Assembly (NCBI GenBank): GCA_965204855.1
Contig: OZ242018.1
Span: 304,185-368,184, forward strand
Reading direction: 5' to 3'
Length of the DNA stretch: 64,000 bases
Origin: Dehalococcoidia bacterium
Lineage (GTDB): Bacteria > Chloroflexota > Dehalococcoidia > Lucifugimonadales > JADFKI01
In this document: positions 37,936 through 45,078 of the stretch, one piece after another
How positions within the stretch are numbered: position 1 is the first letter of the stretch
Layout: each line of letters begins with the position of its first letter
Notes under the pieces: generated by a model
What the model saw: the letters and a program-made list of their open reading frames with translations, nothing else
The model's database searches: none
What the model was told of the DNA's origin: nothing
Translations under genes and position numbers: made by a program

Positions 37936-38937
37936 CTACGCAGCCTCCTGAAGAACCTCCTCGTCCCCGAAGTCCTCGGCGTTCGGCGGGGGATTGTCCT
38001 CGTTCACGAACCTGATCACCGCCATCGCGTCCTTGATCGCGCCGCCCAGCAGCTCCGGCTTGTCTTCGATTGCCCTATACCAACTCACAATGTAGTCGGC
38101 GCTGGTCTTGCGCTCGTGCGCGAAGCCGTACTGCGTGAGCAGCGAGGCGGTGGCGAACTGCGTCACCATCTCCTCGTACGCGTAGTCGCCTCCCTGTGGG
38201 GCGCAGGGCGAGCCGTACCTGTTGACCTTGAATCGGTTGAGCTCGCCCGGCGCGCCGGTCGCATGCACCAGTTCGTGGATCATCGACTGCGCGAACCGCT
38301 CCGGCTTCCGGTACTCCCGCGTCGGCGGCAGCACGACCTCGTGAGTCGCAGGCCGGTAGTGCGGGGCGCGTATCATCGCCTCCTCACGCATCGTGGGAGC
38401 GGTCCTGAAGTTCGCCAGCATATGCTCCTTCACCGCCTCGATGCGCTCGCCAGCCGGCGTATCGCCCCAGTCCGATACCTGAAGCGGCGGTATGTCCAGC
38501 TCCGCGAGGTTCGCGAACTGCTCCACGTTGAACACGAAGAACGGACGATAGTACACGCCGACCACCTCTTCCTCGCCCGTGTCCTCGTTGACCTCCTTCC
38601 GCTGCATCGGATACCAGAGCTGCGTCATGCGCTGGCCGCGGAAGTCGGCCTTGAGCTCCCTCGCCTTGCCCCTAGTGACGAAGCGCGGGTCCGTCCAGCC
38701 CGTGCCGAAGGCGCGCACCTGAAGCATGAACATGTTGAACGAGCCGCCGTACTGGTGGCTCGTGAACGGGTTGTAGGGCAGGTGTCCCAGCCTTCCGGAG
38801 TCCCAGGGCATAACCTCCCGCTTCAGAACCTCTTCCTTCAGCCCGAGCATGTACTCCAGTATCCTCTGCTCAGGCGTCTGCTTTTTGCCGCCGGACTTCC
38901 TGCGCCTGTAGGTCTTCTTTCCTCTGTTCTTTGGCAT
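37936..38937 (-). CDS. ardC: ArdC-like antirestriction protein (ssDNA-binding N-domain plus zincin-like metallopeptidase)
   Basis: The N-terminal PWDSG...PYNPFTSHQYGGSFNMFML...TRGKARELKADFRG matches the ArdC-N pattern. The C-terminus has MIHELVHATG (HExxH). Confidence 0.8.
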   Translation of the reverse strand: MPKNRGKKTYRRRKSGGKKQTPEQRILEYMLGLKEEVLKREVMPWDSGRLGHLPYNPFTSHQYGGSFNMFMLQVRAFGTGWTDPRFVTRGKARELKADFRGQRMTQLWYPMQRKEVNEDTGEEEVVGVYYRPFFVFNVEQFANLAELDIPPLQVSDWGDTPAGERIEAVKEHMLANFRTAPTMREEAMIRAPHYRPATHEVVLPPTREYRKPERFAQSMIHELVHATGAPGELNRFKVNRYGSPCAPQGGDYAYEEMVTQFATASLLTQYGFAHERKTSADYIVSWYRAIEDKPELLGGAIKDAMAVIRFVNEDNPPPNAEDFGDEEVLQEAA

Positions 38938-38988
38938 TTCCGTTCCTTTCCATCTTTATGCGAATGCCGTCACCGACCGCATCCGGCT

Positions 38989-39456
38989 CTAGTTGCCTGC
39001 ACTCGCCCTGCGGCGCACCTCGTCCCGCCACCTCTCCTCTGCATCGCTTCTCGCGGGAACCTCGTCGAGGTATTCGAGCGGGCATGCGTAGTACGCAGGC
39101 AGCATCTGTGTCTCCATCACCTTGCGGCCCCAGCACTGCACAAGCTGCGAACCGGAGCTGTACACCTTGTCGCTCATATCGTCGTAGATCAGGTCTCCGG
39201 CATCGGCGAGCATTTCGACCTTCGCTTCCATGTCGGCGTCGAAGAGGATGACGCCGATGAATCGCTCCCCGCTCACGGGCGCGGTGGCGACGAACCAGAC
39301 CTCGATGAAGTCGTCGTAGGTCCTGCCCTCAGCCTTTGCCGCAAATAGCCTCTGCGAAGTGGTCGTCATCTTCGCCTCAGTCGCGCCGACGTTCCCAAGC
39401 GCCCTGTTCACCTGGTTGTTCAGGTGATCCAATCCAATCGAGTAGTCCCAGCCCAT
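38989..39456 (-). CDS. Hypothetical protein
   Basis: ATG at 39456 with AAGGAAG upstream. The track extension to 39597 runs through a terminator and the tRNA-like element. Confidence 0.5.
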   Translation of the reverse strand: MGWDYSIGLDHLNNQVNRALGNVGATEAKMTTTSQRLFAAKAEGRTYDDFIEVWFVATAPVSGERFIGVILFDADMEAKVEMLADAGDLIYDDMSDKVYSSGSQLVQCWGRKVMETQMLPAYYACPLEYLDEVPARSDAEERWRDEVRRRASAGN

Positions 39457-39483
39457 AGTTCTTCCTTTCGTTCGTAGAAGAGA

Positions 39484-39512
39484 AAGCCCCCACCGGTATT
39501 CGGCAGGGGCTT
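39484..39512 (-). terminator. Intrinsic terminator
   Basis: AAGCCCC...GGGGCTT stem followed by TTTCTCTTC on the minus strand. Near-identical arm sequence to the terminator at 16451. Confidence 0.65.
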
Positions 39513-39545
39513 GGTGATCATTCTGTGGTGTACAATTGATATATG

Positions 39546-39612
39546 CGCCCCGGTGGGATTTCGGTCCCATTCCTCCCTCAGAGACCAGCTCGCGCAACTG
39601 AGCTACGGGGCC
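39546..39612 (-). pseudogene. Degenerate tRNA-like element
   Basis: On the minus strand: GGCCCCG-TA-GCTC-AGTTGCGC-GAGC... is a canonical acceptor 5' arm and D-arm. TGGGA-CCGAAA-TCCCA is a T-arm-like hairpin, and CGGGGC(G) is the acceptor 3' arm. No proper anticodon arm or variable loop can be drawn, G19, A21 and T54-Psi55-C56 are not conserved, and there is no CCA. Confidence 0.4.
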
Positions 39613-39622
39613 TGCGTGTTGG

Positions 39623-39655
39623 GAGCGACGCCATCCATTTCTAATGGCGTCGCTC
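39623..39655 (-). other. Perfect 12-bp inverted repeat 4 nt after a gene stop
   Basis: GAGCGACGCCAT / ATGGCGTCGCTC arms with a 9-nt loop. No U-tract on the minus strand. Confidence 0.6.
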
Positions 39656-39659
39656 TCTT

Positions 39660-40631
39660 CTATGCAACTCTGTACTGCTGTCTCAACTGCGTCATAGCCT
39701 CCTGAAACCGCCGTTTCTCCAGACTCGCCTTCAGCTCCGTATCTTGCCTGTGGCGCTTTCGCGCCTCCTCCATGCGCCGCTCATAAAGCGCATCCTCAGC
39801 CTGCCTCGCGCCCTCGACGAGCTTCTCCAGAGTCTTCGCCTTAACCGCAACGAGCCTCGTGCGCTGCCAGGGAGTGCCGACCATTCCGAGGCAGCGAATG
39901 CAGTTTCCCCGGTAGGAGGGACGCGGCTGGCTGTCCGAGTGGCGCACGGCCTTCAGCCAGATCATCGACACCTCCCGCCTGCAGCTGAGGCAGTAGGCGT
40001 ACTCAGGCGGCTCGAAGACGAGCTTGCGCTCCGCGAGACTGCGATGCCTCTCCCTGCGTACCTTGATGCCGCCGGTGCGCGTCATGATGGCGTCGCACTC
40101 AGGACAGCTGGCGATAGTCATCGTGCGGCCGCCGATCTCCACCTCTTCTATATCCTCCGCGGCAACCGTCCTCCGGCAGTCCTCGCCTCCGGCGTTGCGG
40201 CAGCTCACGCAGTAGAAGTCCTGAAGGACGACCTGCTCGAAGCGAGGCTCCTTCCTGGTGAAGAGCTTGCCGCGCCTGCCGGTTCTCACGTCAACCTTGT
40301 TCTCGTCGCTGTCGAGGAACTTGACCGCGTATATGCCGTGCAGGGCAACGTCCACCTGGCGTCCCGCAAGCGCGGCAATGCCGGCGAGTTCTTCCGTATC
40401 GGTTATCGCCTGTCCGGTCAGGGTGATTACGCTGACGAACCCGAGGGGGTAGCGCTCCATCTCGTCGCGCAGCATGTCGAGCGCAGGCGAGTCGAACTTG
40501 GCGACGACGGCCACGGTGTCCCCGTAGCTGCCAACGCCGAGCGCGAGGCAGTCGCCGCTGCCCTCGTTGACCTCGGCCTCACCGATGAAGCCGAGCGTGA
40601 ATATCCTTGCCGACCTGATTTGCTTCCTCAT
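39660..40631 (-). CDS. Multi-zinc-ribbon hypothetical protein
   Basis: ATG at 40631 (MRKQIRSARIF). Contains CVSC, CPEC, CLSC and CIRC pairs. The track start 40691 overlaps the terminator at 40675-40703. Confidence 0.5.
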   Translation of the reverse strand: MRKQIRSARIFTLGFIGEAEVNEGSGDCLALGVGSYGDTVAVVAKFDSPALDMLRDEMERYPLGFVSVITLTGQAITDTEELAGIAALAGRQVDVALHGIYAVKFLDSDENKVDVRTGRRGKLFTRKEPRFEQVVLQDFYCVSCRNAGGEDCRRTVAAEDIEEVEIGGRTMTIASCPECDAIMTRTGGIKVRRERHRSLAERKLVFEPPEYAYCLSCRREVSMIWLKAVRHSDSQPRPSYRGNCIRCLGMVGTPWQRTRLVAVKAKTLEKLVEGARQAEDALYERRMEEARKRHRQDTELKASLEKRRFQEAMTQLRQQYRVA

Positions 40632-40674
40632 AGCAGTTGTCCTTTCCCGGCGTCCTCGCACCGATTCCAAGTAG

Positions 40675-40703
40675 AAAAAGCCCGATGGCAAATGCCACCG
40701 GGC
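40675..40703 (-). terminator. Intrinsic terminator
   Basis: GCCCGaTGGCA-aa-TGCCAcCGGGC hairpin followed by TTTTT on the minus strand. Confidence 0.65.
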
Positions 40704-40728
40704 GTAGGTTTGCGATAGCTGGGTTGAC

Positions 40729-41484
40729 CTATTCTTGGGGGAAGTAGTCCGCGAATGGACTCAGCAGGAGCGCGTCCAGCTCATCGCGCACCTTCCTGAC
40801 TTCCCTGTACTGCGTCACCGCGAAAACGGCGAGGTCTTCGAGCAAGCCTTCCGTGTTTCGCAGTTCGTAGAGCCCGCGTTCGAGACCCGCCACAGCCTCG
40901 ATGTTCCGCAAGTAGCTGTCGTCCTTCCTATCTTGGACCGGCTGCGTGACTTCAAGCAATTGCGGAAAGTCCCGAGTTCTGTTCCGCAATCTGAGATTCA
41001 TCACCGCGAGAAGCAGGTCCTTCGCAAGCTCGTCGCCGATGTACTTTCGCGGCTCCACTCTGACCCACCGCGTACAGGCTGTCAGCCGCTCGTACATCTG
41101 CACGATGGGATTACTGCTCGTAAAGAGCGGCTCGGCCATCAGGTAGAACCTTAATCCTCTTCGGTCGATCCACTTTCCCATGTATTCTTCCCAGTAGAGT
41201 GGGTCGTATGAAATTGTGGAGCGGCGGCCGTCTATTGGCGCGTACACCAGCTCGCTGAGGTAGGTGCGGTCGAAGACATACAGCGTGTCTTCGGGAGCGT
41301 CCTCGACCATTTTCATATCCGCATCGAGCCTGTCCGGCGTGCTGTCGCCCCTGGAATGGTGAATGCTCTGCACCTCCTTCCATTCACCGGACGCCAATGC
41401 CACCTTCTTGATCTGCCCGGCTAGTGTGCTCTTGCCCGACCCATGTGTGCCTTCCAGTGCAATTATGTGTCCCACGTTTCTCAC
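40729..41484 (-). CDS. P-loop (d)NMP-kinase-like protein (thymidylate-kinase-like)
   Basis: HIIALEGTHGSGKSTLAG Walker A in the Tmk-like context. The GTG start overlaps the macrodomain gene stop (GTGA). Confidence 0.55.
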   Translation of the reverse strand: MRNVGHIIALEGTHGSGKSTLAGQIKKVALASGEWKEVQSIHHSRGDSTPDRLDADMKMVEDAPEDTLYVFDRTYLSELVYAPIDGRRSTISYDPLYWEEYMGKWIDRRGLRFYLMAEPLFTSSNPIVQMYERLTACTRWVRVEPRKYIGDELAKDLLLAVMNLRLRNRTRDFPQLLEVTQPVQDRKDDSYLRNIEAVAGLERGLYELRNTEGLLEDLAVFAVTQYREVRKVRDELDALLLSPFADYFPQE

Positions 41485-41951
41485 TCCGATTCTGATTCTT
41501 GTCTGGGGTTGCAGACCGTTACCTCGATTGCCGACTGCTTGCCGAACTCCCTCTCGATGACCTCCCGCACGTCTCGCCAGCCAAGACCGCCCAAACCCAC
41601 GCCGAGCGCGGGAAGCGCGACCGAGCGGATACCGCGTCTGAGCAGCTCACGGTTCAGGTTGCCCAAGCCCAGCCGTATGTCGCGCAGCCGGCTCTCATCG
41701 CGCCAGTGCCGTTTCGTGGGGAAGTTGACAATGTACCCGGGGCTGTCCAACCCTGTCTCGGTGATGGTCCCGCGCCCCGGCTTAATCCGACCTTCCTTGC
41801 AGGCCTTCCTGTACAGCCTGTCGTTCTCCGGATAGCGCGTGGCGAACTCTCTCGCCAGCCCTGCCCCGGAGACACCGACGGAGTTCACCGGATTCACAAT
41901 AGCCTCTGCGTCTATCTCGAAAATGCTGCTGTCCGTGTAGCTGACTCCCAT
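41481..41951 (-). CDS. Macrodomain protein, DarG/TARG1-like
   Basis: AIVNPVNSVGVSGAGLAREF ... NFPTKRHWRDESRLRDIRLGLGNL ... IRSVALPALGVGLGGLGWRDV follows the DarG-type macrodomain pattern. Confidence 0.7.
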   Translation of the reverse strand: MGVSYTDSSIFEIDAEAIVNPVNSVGVSGAGLAREFATRYPENDRLYRKACKEGRIKPGRGTITETGLDSPGYIVNFPTKRHWRDESRLRDIRLGLGNLNRELLRRGIRSVALPALGVGLGGLGWRDVREVIEREFGKQSAIEVTVCNPRQESESE

Positions 41952-41953
41952 CC

Positions 41954-42139
41954 CTAGCCCATCCTCACGAAGTTCGTGTATCCGCCAATACCGATGTCCC
42001 TCCTGTAGAGGTGCAGCTCGCCGCGGAAAATGCTTTTCCTTCCGACGGCAATCTCAACGCCCCTGAAGCGACCGTATCCACCCCTATTCACCTCAAGATA
42101 AGGTAGTCTGTTTCTTGTCTTCACTTTGCATTCCTCCAT
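41954..42139 (-). CDS. Small hypothetical protein (start uncertain)
   Basis: ATG at 42139, or a GTG five codons downstream preceded by GGAGGAA. Its stop lies 2 nt before the macrodomain gene start. Confidence 0.35.
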   Translation of the reverse strand: MEECKVKTRNRLPYLEVNRGGYGRFRGVEIAVGRKSIFRGELHLYRRDIGIGGYTNFVRMG

Positions 42140-42297
42140 TTCTGTGTTCACTGATTCCCGGTGTGATGTCGCACGGCGGCGCGGCGACATCTTCGGATGC
42201 CGTTGCGCCGTACTCCGGATGATGAAGGCGCGGAACCTAGCACCTTCCTGTCCGTGATTCCTCTCCTATCAGGAAGGGGTAAGTCCTCTTAGAAACG

Positions 42298-42330
42298 AAA
42301 GCCCCGTCACGAAATCGCGTGACGGGGCTC
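42298..42330 (-). terminator. Intrinsic terminator
   Basis: 11-bp stem GCCCCGTCACG/CGTGACGGGGC with a 6-nt loop, followed by TTTCGTTTCT on the minus strand. Confidence 0.75.
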
Positions 42331-42355
42331 TTGTGCTGTTAGTCGCGCTGTAGGA

Positions 42356-43090
42356 CTACCAGGGCATGTCGTCTCCCTGCCGCCCCGAGCCGTTCCCTGC
42401 GGGCGCTCCAGCAGGGGCACCGTCGCTGGGCGCGCGATCGAGGAACTGGATGAAGCTCGCGGTCAGCACGAAATTAACCCTGTCCTCGCCGGCGTTCGTC
42501 TTGTAGAAATCGAGTTCCACGCGCTCGCCCTCGACGTAGAGCTTGCTGCCCTGGCGTGTGTACTGGTCGAGGTTCTCGGCGAGGCCGTTCCACGCGGTCA
42601 TGTCGGCCCAGAGCGTGTCCTCCTGGCGCTCGCCCGCGCTGTCCGTGAAGCGGCGGTTGAAGGCGATCCTCGCGTTGGTGACCGGAATGCCCGCCTCGTT
42701 GGTGTAGCGCATCTCAGGATCCGCGCCCAGGTTGCCGATTCCGCGGAAGCGGATGTACGTCTCAGAGGAGTCTCCCAGCGGGAGAACCCTGTGCGCTGCG
42801 ATCACCATACGGGCCTGCAGCGCGCCGTCGCTCTGCCTGTTGTACTCGCGCACCTTCAGGTCGCCGTCGATGAAGATGGCGTCGCCATCCTTGAAGCGAT
42901 CGGCGCAGAAGAGCGCGGTGTTGTTCCAAACCTCGACGGTGAAGTGCGTCTCGCGCTCGCGCCTGTCGCCGCCCTCCGTCTCCCACGACTCGCTAACGAT
43001 GACCGGGATGCGGCCACCGACGGCGCCGGACTCGAACTGCTGGGTGAAGATGTTGCCGTTGACCTTGCCAATGATAGAGATGTTCTTCAT
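42356..43090 (-). CDS. ssb: Single-stranded DNA-binding protein with two OB folds and an acidic C-terminal tip
   Basis: Two OB-like halves (...HFTVEVWNNTA...DGDLKVREY... and ...TLWADMTAWNGLAENL...GSKLYVEGERVELDFY...). A Gly/Pro-rich linker ends in GDDMPW, a variant of the canonical DDDIPF tip. Confidence 0.75.
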   Translation of the reverse strand: MKNISIIGKVNGNIFTQQFESGAVGGRIPVIVSESWETEGGDRRERETHFTVEVWNNTALFCADRFKDGDAIFIDGDLKVREYNRQSDGALQARMVIAAHRVLPLGDSSETYIRFRGIGNLGADPEMRYTNEAGIPVTNARIAFNRRFTDSAGERQEDTLWADMTAWNGLAENLDQYTRQGSKLYVEGERVELDFYKTNAGEDRVNFVLTASFIQFLDRAPSDGAPAGAPAGNGSGRQGDDMPW

Positions 43091-43199
43091 TTTGAAGATT
43101 CCTTTCCTGGGCTTTGCCCTGGTTGAGATATAGTTGATTCCGCACTCCGTTCCTTAGTCCCGCTGAAGCTCTCAGCCGGACCGCCGTTTCGATGCAGCC

Positions 43200-43877
43200 T
43201 TACGCAGCTTTTGCCGCTCCAGCCGACGTGCCGTTTGCCTGTCTGATCCGGCAGGTCAGGAACCTGACGTCCGACGCCTGCACGTCGAGGCTTGCCTTCT
43301 GCTTGCCATCGCGCCCGCGATACTTCGACACCTGCAACGACCCTTCGACACGGACACAGCGCCCCCGGTAGAGATGGGATTGGCAGACCACCGCCCTTGC
43401 ACCGAAGACGCTCACGTCCACGGTGTCCGTCCTCTCCCTGCCGCGCTTTGTGCGAACCGCCTTCACCTGGAACGAGCTGACGTCAGTGCCGTTCGCCGTG
43501 CGCGAGTGATAGGGATTCGTTCCCAACTCGCCCACGACGGTCGCCTTCGCGTAATGCTGCTCTCCCCTCTTGCAGAACGTCACCTCGTTTGTTGTCACGG
43601 TTGCCTTCGCCTTCACACCGCCTCTCTTGCCCTCTCTAACCGAGAATTCGAGCGTGCCCCTGACCTGGACGATTGCGCCCCTGTCCACATACCTGCTGGC
43701 GTATTTCGCCGCGGGCCCGAACACCAGCACGTCGTAGTAGTCGCGCCTGAGCGGGTTTACCTGCACTCCGACCTTCAGCAGAGCCATCTTCCCGTTCGCC
43801 TTGAGTACCGGCTTGAATGTGGCGAATCCCTTGATATCGATATTCAGCTCGTGTCCGTTTCCCTTCTGCGTGGCCAT
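43200..43877 (-). CDS. Second tandem-OB SSB-like protein without acidic tip
   Basis: Two OB-like halves (YYDVLVFGPAAKYASRYVDRGAIVQVRGTLEF and TVDVSVFGARAVVCQSHLYRGRCVRVEGSLQVSKY). Basic C-terminus. Confidence 0.55.
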   Translation of the reverse strand: MATQKGNGHELNIDIKGFATFKPVLKANGKMALLKVGVQVNPLRRDYYDVLVFGPAAKYASRYVDRGAIVQVRGTLEFSVREGKRGGVKAKATVTTNEVTFCKRGEQHYAKATVVGELGTNPYHSRTANGTDVSSFQVKAVRTKRGRERTDTVDVSVFGARAVVCQSHLYRGRCVRVEGSLQVSKYRGRDGKQKASLDVQASDVRFLTCRIRQANGTSAGAAKAA

Positions 43878-43954
43878 ATCCGACTGTCCTTTCTCGACTC
43901 TTGCCGTATCATTTCGTTGTTGGCTTGGGATTGCGCTACTCGCCTCAGTCCATA

Positions 43955-43992
43955 AGAAAAAACCCCCGCCGGCGGGTGCCTTGCGGGGGGGG
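43955..43992 (-). terminator. Intrinsic terminator containing a C9 (plus-strand G9) run
   Basis: On the minus strand: CCCCCGC...GCGGGGG stem followed by TTTTTT. The homopolymer occupies 43984-43992. Confidence 0.65.
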
Positions 43993-44013
43993 GTGATTAG
44001 AGAATGGCGATGA

Positions 44014-45078
44014 TTACCCGAGCGCCTCCATAAAGCGCGTCTTGCCGTCGGGGACAGTCGCCAGGTCCGCTATGTCCTCGTAGCCGCCGGGCAACCTGAT
44101 CGCTGACGCGTTCGCGAGAGTCGCAAGCTGTTCTTCGCCGTCTTCGATGTCCAGCCCCAGCAGCCTTCTCGTCAGGCTCTCGCCTTTCTCGTTGGCGTCG
44201 AGCGCGAGAACCACCTCTCCCGCCCGCACCCTGTTGAGCTGCTGCACCAGCCGCTCGATGTTGCCGTTGCCCGCAAGCCCCACTGATGGCAGTTCCCACT
44301 CGCGCAGGGTCAGCCAGTCGAAGACGCCCTCTGCCACTATCAGACGCTTCATTCGTCGAGGCAGGGTGCCTATGCCCAGGATGGCCTTGCTTCCGGGTAG
44401 GGCATTGAAGCGAGGCTTCACGTTCTCACGGACGGTGCGACCGGTCATCCAGACCGTACTGCCGTTCAGTGTCTCCGGAACTACTACCATGCAGGCGAAG
44501 CGTTCACGCCTCCCTCTGTCCAGCAGAAGCCCCGACCGAAGAATGCGGTCCTTACCGAAGCCCTGCTTCAGCAGGTAGCTCTTCAGTCCTTTTCCCGTGC
44601 AGTAGCCGAGCTGCAGGGCTTGCGCCGTCGCCCTGCTGATGCCGCGTGCCTTGAGGTAGTTGCGTCCGGGCAGTCCTGAATCTGCGCTCAGCAGTATGTC
44701 CCGATAGAAGGTGAGCGCTGCACGCACTACCGCGCCGTCCTGCCCGAGAGTGCGGCGGAACGTGGGCTTGGCGTAGCGAGTCCTGACTGGTGTCACAGGC
44801 TGTCGCTGTAAGGTACTTGCAGCCTCCTGAACACCCACGTCATCGAGCTTGCGGATGAAGTCGAGCGCGTCGCCCCAGGCCCCGCAGCCGAAGCAGTGAA
44901 AGCGCTGACTATCAGCGTAAACGGTGAAGCTGCCTTCGCTTTCGTCGTGGAACGGGCAGACGCCCTGGCGAACGCGTCCCGAGCCGGGAGTGAGCTTGAT
45001 GCCGCGACTCTCCACGATGTCTCCAAGATCTCTGGTCCGTGCTATCTGTCCGAGTTTCGTGAAATATGCAGTTGCCAT
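44014..45078 (-). CDS. DnaG-like DNA primase (CHC2 zinc finger plus TOPRIM)
   Basis: CPFHDESEGSFTVYADSQRFHCFGCGAWGD zinc finger. TOPRIM-like VAEGVFDWLTL ... LALDANEKGE. No helicase-binding C-domain (354 aa). Confidence 0.85.
   Translation of the reverse strand: MATAYFTKLGQIARTRDLGDIVESRGIKLTPGSGRVRQGVCPFHDESEGSFTVYADSQRFHCFGCGAWGDALDFIRKLDDVGVQEAASTLQRQPVTPVRTRYAKPTFRRTLGQDGAVVRAALTFYRDILLSADSGLPGRNYLKARGISRATAQALQLGYCTGKGLKSYLLKQGFGKDRILRSGLLLDRGRRERFACMVVVPETLNGSTVWMTGRTVRENVKPRFNALPGSKAILGIGTLPRRMKRLIVAEGVFDWLTLREWELPSVGLAGNGNIERLVQQLNRVRAGEVVLALDANEKGESLTRRLLGLDIEDGEEQLATLANASAIRLPGGYEDIADLATVPDGKTRFMEALG

Noticed and set aside
31937-40718. Plus-strand ORFs 31937-32944, 32959-34491, 36193-37437, 38116-39348 and 39744-40718 (324-510 aa)
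   Set aside because: Same shadow-ORF composition (Arg/His/Leu/Pro-rich). Each lies opposite a tightly packed series of minus-strand genes that have SDs, terminators and recognisable domains (Rad52, Cas4-like, ArdC).
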